From IMG/VR virus record IMGVR_UViG_3300029923_000016: 64,000 bases of DNA; one strand, given 5' to 3'. Positions within the stretch are counted from its first letter, which is position 1. Each line of letters starts with the position of its first letter. This stretch comes from an uncultured virus (IMG/VR IMGVR_UViG_3300029923_000016) (Duplodnaviria; Heunggongvirae; Uroviricota; Caudoviricetes). This document shows positions 54,502 to 63,183 of the stretch, piece by piece. A program made the translations under genes and the position numbers. The notes beneath the pieces were generated by a model. It had not been told where the DNA came from and ran no database searches. It was given only the letters and a program-made list of their open reading frames with translations.

Positions 54502-57139
54502 GATAATACATGATAAGGTGTTATCCGTCACCACGGATAGCCCTGACGACATTACAACAGTAATAGACAAGTACAAGATAGACAATGGCAAAGTGCTCAT
54601 CCCCTTTAATCTGGGGAATGTTCACATATTAAAAAACATGGGCTTTACGGTACCGTCGCCCATTGAGACTCGGTATGGGTGGCCTGGACTCCATAAACCC
54701 TTTTCGCATCAGCGCAGTATCGCTTCGTTTTTGACCTTGAATAGGCGGGCGTATAACTTTGGCGAATTAGGAATTGGCAAAACGAAAAGCGCTATCTGGG
54801 CTGCCGACTACCTACTAAGTATAGGTGCTATACGGCGTGTATTGGTTATCGCGCCGCTTAGCATCCTCGATTCTGCATGGAAGCAGGAGATATTCAGGAC
54901 AGTGATGCATCGGTCTGTTGATGTGGCGCATGGCACAAAGGAGAAACGCGAGGCAATAATCAATAGTAAAGCTGAGTTTATACTTATCAATTATGATGGC
55001 GTCGAGATTGTGATTGACGCTTTGGACCGAGGTAACTTTGATTTAATCATAATTGATGAGTGCTTTGTAGCTGGGACACGAGTTCTTACGCCTATTGGTT
55101 TTAGAGCTATTGAACAAATCGTAGAAGGTGATATAATAGAGACAAGTTGGGGGCCAAGACCCGTAACCAAAACGTTTCATAAACAATCATCCAACATAGT
55201 TGAAGTCGAGTTTGAAGATGGTATCAAAATTACCTGCACAGAAGAGCACCCTTTCTCAACCCGAAATGGTTGGGTCGCCGCAAAAGACCTCCTTGGTGAA
55301 ATATGTACTACATCAAGAGAATTGTCACACCTGCGGGACGCCGTTCGAGCAGAAGGTGTTTGCCAACCAGAAGGCATCTCACTATTGTTCTCGCGCATGT
55401 TGGAAAGAGTCGTACTATGTAGATTTGGTGTGCGGGCATTGCGGAAAAAAGTATCGAAAGGTAAAGAGTTACTTAAGAACCAACCCTGCAAAATATTGCA
55501 GCACAAAATGTACGGCGCAAGCGCGCTCTGCAAAAGTTATGGGGGAGACAGTTATGTGTCCGGTCTGCGGAGGGGAGCATTTTGTACCCCACAGAGTGTT
55601 GCGGTATCGTCCAGCATTAACCTGTTCCCGTTCCTGCGCCAGAAAGTTAGTGTGGCAAACAGAGCGAAAGCGGATGATGGATGGCGTACAGAAAGCAGCG
55701 GAGAAGCATCGGGGCCAACCCTCACCTCTCAGGGGGATTCCCCATACAGAAGAGCGCAAGCAACAACAGCGTGCGCTGGCAGTAGAGTTGGGGAGTCGGG
55801 AACCGTTCATGCGAGTGCGGGGCGGCAATGGTACGGGTATGTCAAGAGTAGAGTTACTAATGCGCTCAATACTCCCAGAAAGTTTCCAATACAACTATAT
55901 TGTAAAGACATTACAAAAGCGTGGAAGCGGGTATCCCTATCACTACAAGCTGGATTTCGCAGACCCTTTACAGATGATTTGTTTAGAAGTAGACGGGTAC
56001 AGCCACAATACAATACAGCGTCAAGAACAAGACAGGAAGAAAGAGGCGTTGCTTCAGGACTTAGGGTGGTCAGTGTTACGCGTATCCAACAAGGATGTCC
56101 TCGCGATGTTTGGAATCTGGAAGTAGCGGGCCCTCATGATTATATCGTTGAGGATGTGCTAGTCCATAACTGCAACTACATAAAGAACGTCCAAACCCGC
56201 AAGCACAAGTTCATTAACAAGTTGATTAAAGCGGATACCTGGTGCTGGCTAATGACCGCTACACCGGCTGCGCAGAGCCCTTGTGATGCCTATGGTCTGG
56301 CGCGTATGATAGACCCTAAATCAGTGCCTCGGTCTTATGGTGCATTTAGGGAGATGGTGCAGTATAAAATCAATATGTTTATGTGGATAAATAAACCCGA
56401 TGCAGAGCGAACAGTACACAGAGTTTTACAACCCGCAATTAGATTTACTAAATCAGAATGTTTGGATTTACCTGAGCTATTATATGAGACGCGTGAAGTA
56501 CCTCTGACCGCACAGCAAAACAAGTATTACAAACTTCTAAAAAAGGAAATGATGATTCTCGCTGCGGGTACAACGGTCACTGCGGCGAACGCAGCGGTTC
56601 TGATTGGAAAGTTGTTGCAAATTTCAGCGGGCAACTGTTATGATGAACGTGGGGATATTATTGAGTTTGATATCTCCAACCGATTCAGAGAGCTGTGTGA
56701 TATCATCCGTGAGACGCGTAACAAAACGATAGTGTTTGTGCAGTTTAGGAACTCCATCGAGCGAATCATGCGGATGCTGCAGGATGAAGGCATTACTTGC
56801 GAGGCCATTCACGGGAAAATCCCCATGAATAAGCGGGATGTCATCTTCTCTGATTTCCAAAACAAACCCGACCCGCAAGTGTTAATCATCCAGCCGCAAG
56901 CTGCGGCACACGGTGTGACATTGACAAAAGCGGATACGACAATATGGTTCGGGGTACCCATGTCCTTTGAAATTTACCAACAAGGGAATGGGCGTACGCA
57001 CCGCGCCGGACAACGCAACCAATGTACTGTTGTCCATTTGATAGGTAGTGATGTTGAGAAGAAAGTATTGAACGCGTTGGACAAAAAGAATATGTCCGCA
57101 ACGACTCTATTGGCATTATTTAAAGAGGTAATAAAATGA
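54494..57139 (+). CDS. SNF2-like DNA helicase with intein
   Basis: GIGKT, IIIDE|C (Walker B split by intein), TATP, AHGVTLT, QGNGRTHR.GQ. Confidence 0.92.
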   Translation: MIEIIHDKVLSVTTDSPDDITTVIDKYKIDNGKVLIPFNLGNVHILKNMGFTVPSPIETRYGWPGLHKPFSHQRSIASFLTLNRRAYNFGELGIGKTKSAIWAADYLLSIGAIRRVLVIAPLSILDSAWKQEIFRTVMHRSVDVAHGTKEKREAIINSKAEFILINYDGVEIVIDALDRGNFDLIIIDECFVAGTRVLTPIGFRAIEQIVEGDIIETSWGPRPVTKTFHKQSSNIVEVEFEDGIKITCTEEHPFSTRNGWVAAKDLLGEICTTSRELSHLRDAVRAEGVCQPEGISLLFSRMLERVVLCRFGVRALRKKVSKGKELLKNQPCKILQHKMYGASALCKSYGGDSYVSGLRRGAFCTPQSVAVSSSINLFPFLRQKVSVANRAKADDGWRTESSGEASGPTLTSQGDSPYRRAQATTACAGSRVGESGTVHASAGRQWYGYVKSRVTNALNTPRKFPIQLYCKDITKAWKRVSLSLQAGFRRPFTDDLFRSRRVQPQYNTASRTRQEERGVASGLRVVSVTRIQQGCPRDVWNLEVAGPHDYIVEDVLVHNCNYIKNVQTRKHKFINKLIKADTWCWLMTATPAAQSPCDAYGLARMIDPKSVPRSYGAFREMVQYKINMFMWINKPDAERTVHRVLQPAIRFTKSECLDLPELLYETREVPLTAQQNKYYKLLKKEMMILAAGTTVTAANAAVLIGKLLQISAGNCYDERGDIIEFDISNRFRELCDIIRETRNKTIVFVQFRNSIERIMRMLQDEGITCEAIHGKIPMNKRDVIFSDFQNKPDPQVLIIQPQAAAHGVTLTKADTTIWFGVPMSFEIYQQGNGRTHRAGQRNQCTVVHLIGSDVEKKVLNALDKKNMSATTLLALFKEVIK
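55061..56170 (+). mobile_element. Intein in helicase Walker B (370 aa, C1...HN|C+1)
   Basis: CFVAGTRVLT (block A), ITCTEEHPF (block B), VWNLEV...Y...VLVHN (blocks F/G). Confidence 0.9.
55266..56126 (+). CDS. Zinc-finger plus Vsr/DUF559-like endonuclease overprinted in the +1 frame of the helicase intein (frame open from 55200)
   Basis: Three C..CG...CS..C repeats; YKLDFA...LEVDGYSH.....DRKKE..L..LGWSVLR. Confidence 0.85.
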   Translation: MVGSPQKTSLVKYVLHQENCHTCGTPFEQKVFANQKASHYCSRACWKESYYVDLVCGHCGKKYRKVKSYLRTNPAKYCSTKCTAQARSAKVMGETVMCPVCGGEHFVPHRVLRYRPALTCSRSCARKLVWQTERKRMMDGVQKAAEKHRGQPSPLRGIPHTEERKQQQRALAVELGSREPFMRVRGGNGTGMSRVELLMRSILPESFQYNYIVKTLQKRGSGYPYHYKLDFADPLQMICLEVDGYSHNTIQRQEQDRKKEALLQDLGWSVLRVSNKDVLAMFGIWK

Positions 57140-57315
57140 CAGCAAGCGAAATAGAAGATTTTAATGATTTATTATCTGATGCTGAGATGAACGCCAGCAC
57201 GGATTGGGAACTCGAATTCACCGGTAGTATGAGGGCGCATTATAAAAAATATGGCGATGACACCTATGTGTCCGCCAAGCAATTACATCACCTGGAGAAG
57301 ATTGCAAATGTGTGA
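57136..57315 (+). CDS. Small hypothetical protein (59 aa)
   Basis: GAGG RBS, ATGA overlap; TDWELEF..S......YG....VS.KQ...LEKI. Confidence 0.6.
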   Translation: MTASEIEDFNDLLSDAEMNASTDWELEFTGSMRAHYKKYGDDTYVSAKQLHHLEKIANV

Positions 57316-57486
57316 GACGTTACATTTGATATCCATTGTACTGCTTATTGGCGCTATCGGTATGATGTGGGTGCTACACAGTGTAGGCAAGGCGCTGAAT
57401 AAACAAGATGAGCGGGATAAGAGTTGACAAACTAGCTTTACAACTGTATAATAATCTCACAGTCAACAACTAAACAGGACAAGACT

Positions 57487-57879
57487 ATGCCCGATGTAGA
57501 AAAGATAGTATCCGTCTATCTGAAAATCAGAAACAAGAAAGCGGAAATCACCAAGGCTTATGAAGCGCAGATAGCAGAGCTTGACGCTAAACAAGATATG
57601 CTCCAAAGCGCATTGCTTGATTTGTGTAAAGAACTGGGCGTTGAATCAGTTCGTACAGAATCCGGCACTGCCTTTAGGACTATCAAAGAACGAGTCTTCG
57701 TATCGGATTGGGCAGCTGTAGAGCAATTCATCTACGACAATGACGCGTTTGATTTGGTCGAGAAAAGGCTTGCCCAGAACGCGGCTAAGTCATGGATAAA
57801 AGACTTCCCAGACAAACCTATCCCGTCTGTGGTTGTAGACAGAAAGTTTACTATAACGGTTAGGAGAGGTAAGCCATGA
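57487..57879 (+). CDS. Replication-module hypothetical protein
   Basis: TTGACA-17 bp-TATAAT at 57424; YLKIR...SVRT.SGT...DW. Confidence 0.7.
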   Translation: MPDVEKIVSVYLKIRNKKAEITKAYEAQIAELDAKQDMLQSALLDLCKELGVESVRTESGTAFRTIKERVFVSDWAAVEQFIYDNDAFDLVEKRLAQNAAKSWIKDFPDKPIPSVVVDRKFTITVRRGKP

Positions 57880-58262
57880 GCGATTATTCTAATAATGAAC
57901 TGTTACATCCGGACCTTCCTGAACCGGACATTTTCTTAACCGAAAAAGAAGTCAGGGAAATTTTAGGGTTATCCCGGCAGTCTTGTTATAATATGCGCCG
58001 AGCCGGCATCTTCACCAGCCACTATATCAAAGGCAAAGTGAAATACTCGGCCAAAGAAGTCGAAGCGTACATTGAGCGCAAATCATTGCCTGATATCCGT
58101 GTGACGCCAACAATCAGAACGCGTGCCAAACCCGGCGAACCGAAGAAGGAAAGAGTTTATACCAAGCCTGCCCCGTCTGTTGCCAAGATGAGCAAGCGCA
58201 CCCCACCCCCTGCTACGATGCCAGAACCATCGTATGAGGACTTTGATAATTACTTTATATAA
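57876..58262 (+). CDS. Excisionase/AlpA-like HTH protein
   Basis: FLTEKEVREILGLSRQSCY...G....Y...EVEAYI. Confidence 0.7.
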   Translation: MSDYSNNELLHPDLPEPDIFLTEKEVREILGLSRQSCYNMRRAGIFTSHYIKGKVKYSAKEVEAYIERKSLPDIRVTPTIRTRAKPGEPKKERVYTKPAPSVAKMSKRTPPPATMPEPSYEDFDNYFI

Positions 58263-58271
58263 GAGAGCACC

Positions 58272-59249
58272 ATGAGCAACTTAAGCATATTTAAAAACGG
58301 CGGCGGCGTCCCTGCCCATCTTCAAAAAAGAGAGCTGTCTGCCGCCACCAAAGCCTTGATGGGTGGTTTTGAAAACCGCCGTATCTCTATCCGGGGCGGG
58401 GTCTTCCGCAAGGTCATCAATGGTCAGGAGGTGGGTTCCATCCCCGAACGGGCACTGAACGTGGTCATTGTTGGCGTCGCCGAGCATACTTCCCGGCAGT
58501 ATTACAAAGCCGCCTATCAGGAGAATGCCGACCCGGTGGCACCGGACTGCTACAGTGCTGACGGCATCACGCCGATGGCAACAGCGACGGCGATTCAAGC
58601 AGCCACCTGCGCCGCCTGTCCACAGAATATCGCAGGCTCAGGCCAAGGTGATTCCAAAGCCTGCCGCTTCCAACGCCGCATTGCGGTGGTCTTGGAGAAA
58701 AACCTGGAAGATGGTGAGGTTTATGAAATGACGCTGGCAGCGACCAGTCTGTTTGGTGGCAAGGGCAAGCCTGACCCCGACAAGATGGGCATGCGCCAGT
58801 ACGCCAACTTTTTGGGTGGTTACGGCGTCAACATCGACGCCGTGGTCACTGAATTGCGCTTTGATTTGGACGCCGCCACCCCGAAATTACTGTTCGCGGC
58901 ATTAAGACCGTTAGAGACGGATGAGCTGTTGCTGGTTGAGGAATATTCCAAATTGCCGGAGACTATCCAGGCTATCACATACAGCTTTGGTGGGGTGGTG
59001 GTGAAACCGGCGGCTGCCGAATTGCCCTTTATCCAGCCTCGCCCAGCTCCTGCCCCCGCAGCTGCGTCAGTGCCTGAGCCAGAGCCCGTCGTTCCGGCAC
59101 GCACAAGGGTCACTCGAAATCGCCCCGCCGCAGCCGCTGCGCCTGCCCCTGAAGTCATTCCGGAGCCGATACGCCGTGAAAGCCACGCCGCGCCGCAACC
59201 CGCCTCGACAAATATTGATGAGCTGCTATCGGAGTGGGGCGACGAGTGA
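58272..59249 (+). CDS. Putative ssDNA-binding/annealing (SSB-like) protein
   Basis: RISIRGG.FR, PDCYS.DG, C..CPQN..GS...KACR, Pro/Ala linker, acidic tail DELLSEWGDE. Confidence 0.65.
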   Translation: MSNLSIFKNGGGVPAHLQKRELSAATKALMGGFENRRISIRGGVFRKVINGQEVGSIPERALNVVIVGVAEHTSRQYYKAAYQENADPVAPDCYSADGITPMATATAIQAATCAACPQNIAGSGQGDSKACRFQRRIAVVLEKNLEDGEVYEMTLAATSLFGGKGKPDPDKMGMRQYANFLGGYGVNIDAVVTELRFDLDAATPKLLFAALRPLETDELLLVEEYSKLPETIQAITYSFGGVVVKPAAAELPFIQPRPAPAPAAASVPEPEPVVPARTRVTRNRPAAAAAPAPEVIPEPIRRESHAAPQPASTNIDELLSEWGDE

Positions 59250-59255
59250 TATAAT
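59247..59255 (+). promoter_or_regulatory. Extended -10 promoter for guide array 6
   Basis: TG-A-TATAAT overlapping the upstream stop codon. Confidence 0.65.
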
Positions 59256-59261
59256 TTTTCT

Positions 59262-59370
59262 TCCATAGCGATGCGATGCCTAGCCTAGCTTAGCGTTGCG
59301 ATGCGATGCTATGCAGTGCAAAGGCCACTTTAAAGTGGCAAGAACGAGCGGCTTAGGCCGCTCCTTTTTC
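59262..59370 (+). ncRNA. Putative guide array 6: (GCNNW)x11, palindrome, terminator
   Basis: Pentamers at 59268-59322; GCCACTTTAAAGTGGC; GAGCGGC-ttag-GCCGCTC plus T-run. Confidence 0.87.
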
Positions 59371-59390
59371 CTCTTCGGGACACATCAAAA

Positions 59391-62189
59391 ATGGACCCAC
59401 ATGATTTCCTCAGCTCCATCCTACCCAACACCGGCCCGTACTGTTTCACCCTCATTAAGAACGGCCTCGTTAATCAACAATTCATTGATGCTATCCCCAC
59501 TGATGCCGAGCTCGTAGAGTTCGCCAACGACTACGCCGACCACGATATTTATTTCGCCGTCGCCAGCTTCCAAACCAAAACCAGCCGCACCCAAGCCAAT
59601 GTCGCCCAACTTAAATCCTTATGGATTGATTTGGACGTCGGCGGCAAATCAGCCTATGCTACCAAGAAGGATGCCAAACAAGCGCTTGATAAATTCGTCG
59701 CTGCTGCCGGGCTTCCTGCACCTACGCTGGTAGACTCCGGTGGTGGTGCACATATCTATTGGCCACTAACACAGGCTATTGATATCCCTGAGTGGAAGGC
59801 GTTGGTTCTGGCATTACTAAGCAAAGCGACGGAGCACGGGTTTAGCATTAAAGACATCGGTGTTTCCAAAGACAGCGCCCGCATTCTACGGGTTCCCGGA
59901 ACAACTAACCATAAGTTCGACCCACTGCGACTCGTCGCCGTTATCAAGACTGGCACACCAACCGACCCGACTGTACTGGGGAGTTTGCTTAGCGTCGGCG
60001 CACCCATCCCGAATAATCCCAAAGTTAGAACGAATCTAACTTCACAGGCGGTAAGTAAACTCTCTCCGTTAACCCGCGCCTTGATGTCTCACCAAGGCCA
60101 GCAATACGGGCAGGTGATTACCCGGTCGATGCAGGGAACAGGTTGTGTGCAGTTGGCTAATGCTTATATCAATCAGGATGATTTAACGGGTATGCATTGG
60201 TGGAGCGTGATGTCTATCCCGCAGTTCACCGAGCAACGCCAGGAAGCGGTGCATAACCTCTCCTATCAGCACAGCAACTATTCAATCGAAGCCACCTTGC
60301 TTAAGGCCGAGCGCACCGACGGGCCGTATGCCTGCGCCAAGATAAGCGAGCATCGTCCGGAGCTCTGCACCGCCTGCCCTCATTACGGGAATATCACTTA
60401 CCCTTTTTTGCTCGATAGGACCCCCCGCCCGGAGCAGGTCCACCCACTCAATGAAGACATTGCCCGCAGCGGCTTACCCCCCATAGTTTATCCGTATTTA
60501 CCCGGCGCGCGGGCGGGTATTTATGTTAAACAATTTATCCCTAACAAAGACGGCGACGGTGGCTCCATGGCCATCAAACACGTCTACAATCATACCTTTT
60601 ACGTGTCAGGGCGCTGCCTTGACCCGCACGAGGGAGAGCTGGTCCACATGAAACTGATACGCCCCCACGACGGTGTTAAGGACTTTTCCGCGCCGTTATC
60701 CGAGATTACCGCCAAGGAGAAATGCAGGGAGCACTTCTCCAAACAAGGCATGGCCGCAGATGCGTTTAAAATGAAGATGCTGATGGAATACACCACCGAG
60801 TTTTGCAGTTACTTACAAGAGATCGACAAAGCCGACAATATCCGTGTCCAGTTCGGTTGGCATGACAATGACACCTGCTTCATTGTCGGCAACCGGGAGA
60901 TTCGCAAAGACGGCATCTATTACTCAATGCCCTCCAACGATACCCTGCAAGCCTCTGTCCAGTTTACCAAAGTCGGTACCTTGGCGGCATGGCAATCGGT
61001 CGCTCAGCGCTACGCAGGGCCTGATAATGAGGTACGGGCATTTGCCTTAATGATAGGCTTGGGCTGCCCGATGTTCAAATACTTGGGTCACGGCGGCGCT
61101 ATCCTGCACTTGACCAACACACTATCGGGTGTCGGTAAGTCTGCCGCCCAAGGCTTGGCATTGAGCGCCTGGGGTCACCCCGACAAGGGCATGAGTCTGA
61201 TGAAAGACACCCTGAACATGCGTCTGCATCGCCTGGGTGTGATGAACAATGTGGTGTTCTGCATGGATGAAATCACCCAGATGACCGCCGAAGAAGTCGG
61301 TACCCTGGCGTACTCGATTAGCCAAGGCCGAGGCAAAGGCCGCATGGAGGCGTCGGCCAACCGTGAGCGGGCCAATAACACCACCTGGAGCGTGCCGTGC
61401 ATTACCTCGGGCAACGCCAATATCCATGACGTCTTAAAAGCCAACAGCATGAACTCCGATGGCGAGGTCATGCGGGTGCTGGAGATGCGCGTCGAGCCCA
61501 TCACCGGCATCACCAAGGAAGAGTCTGACCGACTGTTTATTGATGTCCTGCAGAACAACTACGGGCATGCGGGGGAAATCATTGTCCAGTATATCCTCAA
61601 CCATCGGGAGGAGTGCTTCACGCGTCTGAAGGCCATCCAGAAAGAGTTTGATTTGGCCATGGGCTACCTTAACCCCGAGCGCTATTATTCATTGCTCACA
61701 ACCACAGCCTTATGGGGTGGGGAGATTGGCAACATGCTCGGCCTGATTGATATCCCGCTGGCGCCTATTGTAGATTACTTGATGAAACAAAACACAGACA
61801 CCCGTAGCGAGGTGCGTACGCCTGAGCAAATATCGGGTAATACCATCGGGACATTTATCAACGAGCACGCCGGCAATCATACCTTGGTGATTGACATGCG
61901 CCCGTCGAATATCCCCGGTGACCTACGCCCGGCGGTACAAATGCCGCGTGGCGAGCTGATGATACGCATTGAAACCGATACCAAAATGATTTATATCACC
62001 ACTACCAGCCTGCGCAGTTGGTGCAGCAAGAAGCGGGTGTCGTTCAATGACACCGTCGAGGAGCTCAAGACCAAAGGTGCTTTGATAACCACCGGTCAAG
62101 TGAAGATGGCCGAAGGCACGCAGACATCATCGCCCGCAGTACGGGCGCTTATTTTAGACAAGACAATTTTAGATGAGATGGGGTTATAA
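59391..62189 (+). CDS. Primase-helicase (RepB-like primase plus DUF927-type ATPase)
   Basis: WIDLD, SGGGAHIYW, RILRVPGT.N.K, SGVGKS, MDE, NNYGHAG. Confidence 0.88.
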   Translation: MDPHDFLSSILPNTGPYCFTLIKNGLVNQQFIDAIPTDAELVEFANDYADHDIYFAVASFQTKTSRTQANVAQLKSLWIDLDVGGKSAYATKKDAKQALDKFVAAAGLPAPTLVDSGGGAHIYWPLTQAIDIPEWKALVLALLSKATEHGFSIKDIGVSKDSARILRVPGTTNHKFDPLRLVAVIKTGTPTDPTVLGSLLSVGAPIPNNPKVRTNLTSQAVSKLSPLTRALMSHQGQQYGQVITRSMQGTGCVQLANAYINQDDLTGMHWWSVMSIPQFTEQRQEAVHNLSYQHSNYSIEATLLKAERTDGPYACAKISEHRPELCTACPHYGNITYPFLLDRTPRPEQVHPLNEDIARSGLPPIVYPYLPGARAGIYVKQFIPNKDGDGGSMAIKHVYNHTFYVSGRCLDPHEGELVHMKLIRPHDGVKDFSAPLSEITAKEKCREHFSKQGMAADAFKMKMLMEYTTEFCSYLQEIDKADNIRVQFGWHDNDTCFIVGNREIRKDGIYYSMPSNDTLQASVQFTKVGTLAAWQSVAQRYAGPDNEVRAFALMIGLGCPMFKYLGHGGAILHLTNTLSGVGKSAAQGLALSAWGHPDKGMSLMKDTLNMRLHRLGVMNNVVFCMDEITQMTAEEVGTLAYSISQGRGKGRMEASANRERANNTTWSVPCITSGNANIHDVLKANSMNSDGEVMRVLEMRVEPITGITKEESDRLFIDVLQNNYGHAGEIIVQYILNHREECFTRLKAIQKEFDLAMGYLNPERYYSLLTTTALWGGEIGNMLGLIDIPLAPIVDYLMKQNTDTRSEVRTPEQISGNTIGTFINEHAGNHTLVIDMRPSNIPGDLRPAVQMPRGELMIRIETDTKMIYITTTSLRSWCSKKRVSFNDTVEELKTKGALITTGQVKMAEGTQTSSPAVRALILDKTILDEMGL

Positions 62190-62194
62190 AAACT

Positions 62195-62392
62195 ATGTGT
62201 AATTGCGCAGAAGAAATTAATGTCAAATTAGCCGATATGAATTTACGCTTGGTCGGCGCGTTTATTCTTTCAAAAGACATGGAGTTAACCTATAAGTTGT
62301 GTGTCGCTACAGAAAAGATTGACACTAAAATCCGTAAAAATCCGCCCTCTGTAACGGTTACTTTTTGCCCGTTTTGTGGGGAGAAGCAATGA
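62195..62392 (+). CDS. Small zinc-binding protein
   Basis: MCNC...FCPFCG. Confidence 0.65.
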   Translation: MCNCAEEINVKLADMNLRLVGAFILSKDMELTYKLCVATEKIDTKIRKNPPSVTVTFCPFCGEKQ

Positions 62393-62748
62393 CCACCATC
62401 ACCCGCAAAGAGATGGCCGAGCTGGCCGGTATTACTCTGGAAGCCGTAGCGTCCTACGCACGCGGCAAGCACAGTAGGCTCCCCAAAATACACCATCGTG
62501 TCAAGAACACGTTTTACTATGATAAAGTCGAGGCCGAGAACTGGGCGGCGAATTATCGGGAGATGGTGCAGGCCAAAGCCGAAGGGACGTTTCAATCCAA
62601 ACCCGAAGGCCTGCCGATGCCGTTCCAACTGTCTATTGACCAAAGAATTGACTATAGATTACGGCTTATGAAAGCCCGACACAATAAACCACAAACTATC
62701 AAAGTAGAAGTAAAGGAGCTAAATATATGGGCGTTATCCCGAAATTAG
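62389..62748 (+). CDS. HTH DNA-binding protein
   Basis: ITRKEMAELAGIT.EAV. Confidence 0.55.
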   Translation: MTTITRKEMAELAGITLEAVASYARGKHSRLPKIHHRVKNTFYYDKVEAENWAANYREMVQAKAEGTFQSKPEGLPMPFQLSIDQRIDYRLRLMKARHNKPQTIKVEVKELNIWALSRN

Positions 62749-62951
62749 AAGACCTATGGAGTCGTATCGAAAATCAAATGCATGAAGATGGCTTTTCAGA
62801 TATGTCCGTTACCGCCGCAAAAGTTGGTTTCTATAAAGGGTTTATCCTATCATTGGAGACACAGAAGGAACTGCGCATGTGCCTATCGTCGTTTGAAATG
62901 GACAGGGTCATCCATGATTGGGACGTAGAAGCCTACCATGCCCTTGTTTAA
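62727..62951 (+). CDS. Hypothetical protein
   Basis: AAGGAG RBS. Confidence 0.55.
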   Translation: MGVIPKLEDLWSRIENQMHEDGFSDMSVTAAKVGFYKGFILSLETQKELRMCLSSFEMDRVIHDWDVEAYHALV

Positions 62952-63183
62952 CCCGACAGAGTATCAAGGTTTGAGGCTCAAACTAGCGTGGGATGAATTG
63001 GAGATTGGCTTCTCATTTTTCATCCCGTGCTTAGACACGGAGACAATGCTCCGCACCATCTATACCGAAGCGGAGCGTAGGGGATATAAGCTTATCCACG
63101 AAGAACGTACAGAAAATGGTATGGCTGGCGTCCGTTGGTGGAGGGTTCCTCTTACGGACGATACACCCGATTATACGTCCTAG
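62938..63183 (+). CDS. Hypothetical protein
   Basis: W..LEIG.SFFIPCLD...GVR.WR. Confidence 0.65.
   Translation: MPLFNPTEYQGLRLKLAWDELEIGFSFFIPCLDTETMLRTIYTEAERRGYKLIHEERTENGMAGVRWWRVPLTDDTPDYTS

Noticed and set aside
55312..55340. Array 5 matching RELSHL in the helicase intein linker
   Set aside because: The implied target would destroy Cys codons of the overprinted zinc finger, and the flanks do not match; probably chance.
59296..59517. ORF MRCDAMQCKG... and similar Cys/Ala/Met peptides over the pentamer arrays
   Set aside because: These are by-products of 5-nt periodicity; there is no RBS and the ORF crosses a terminator.
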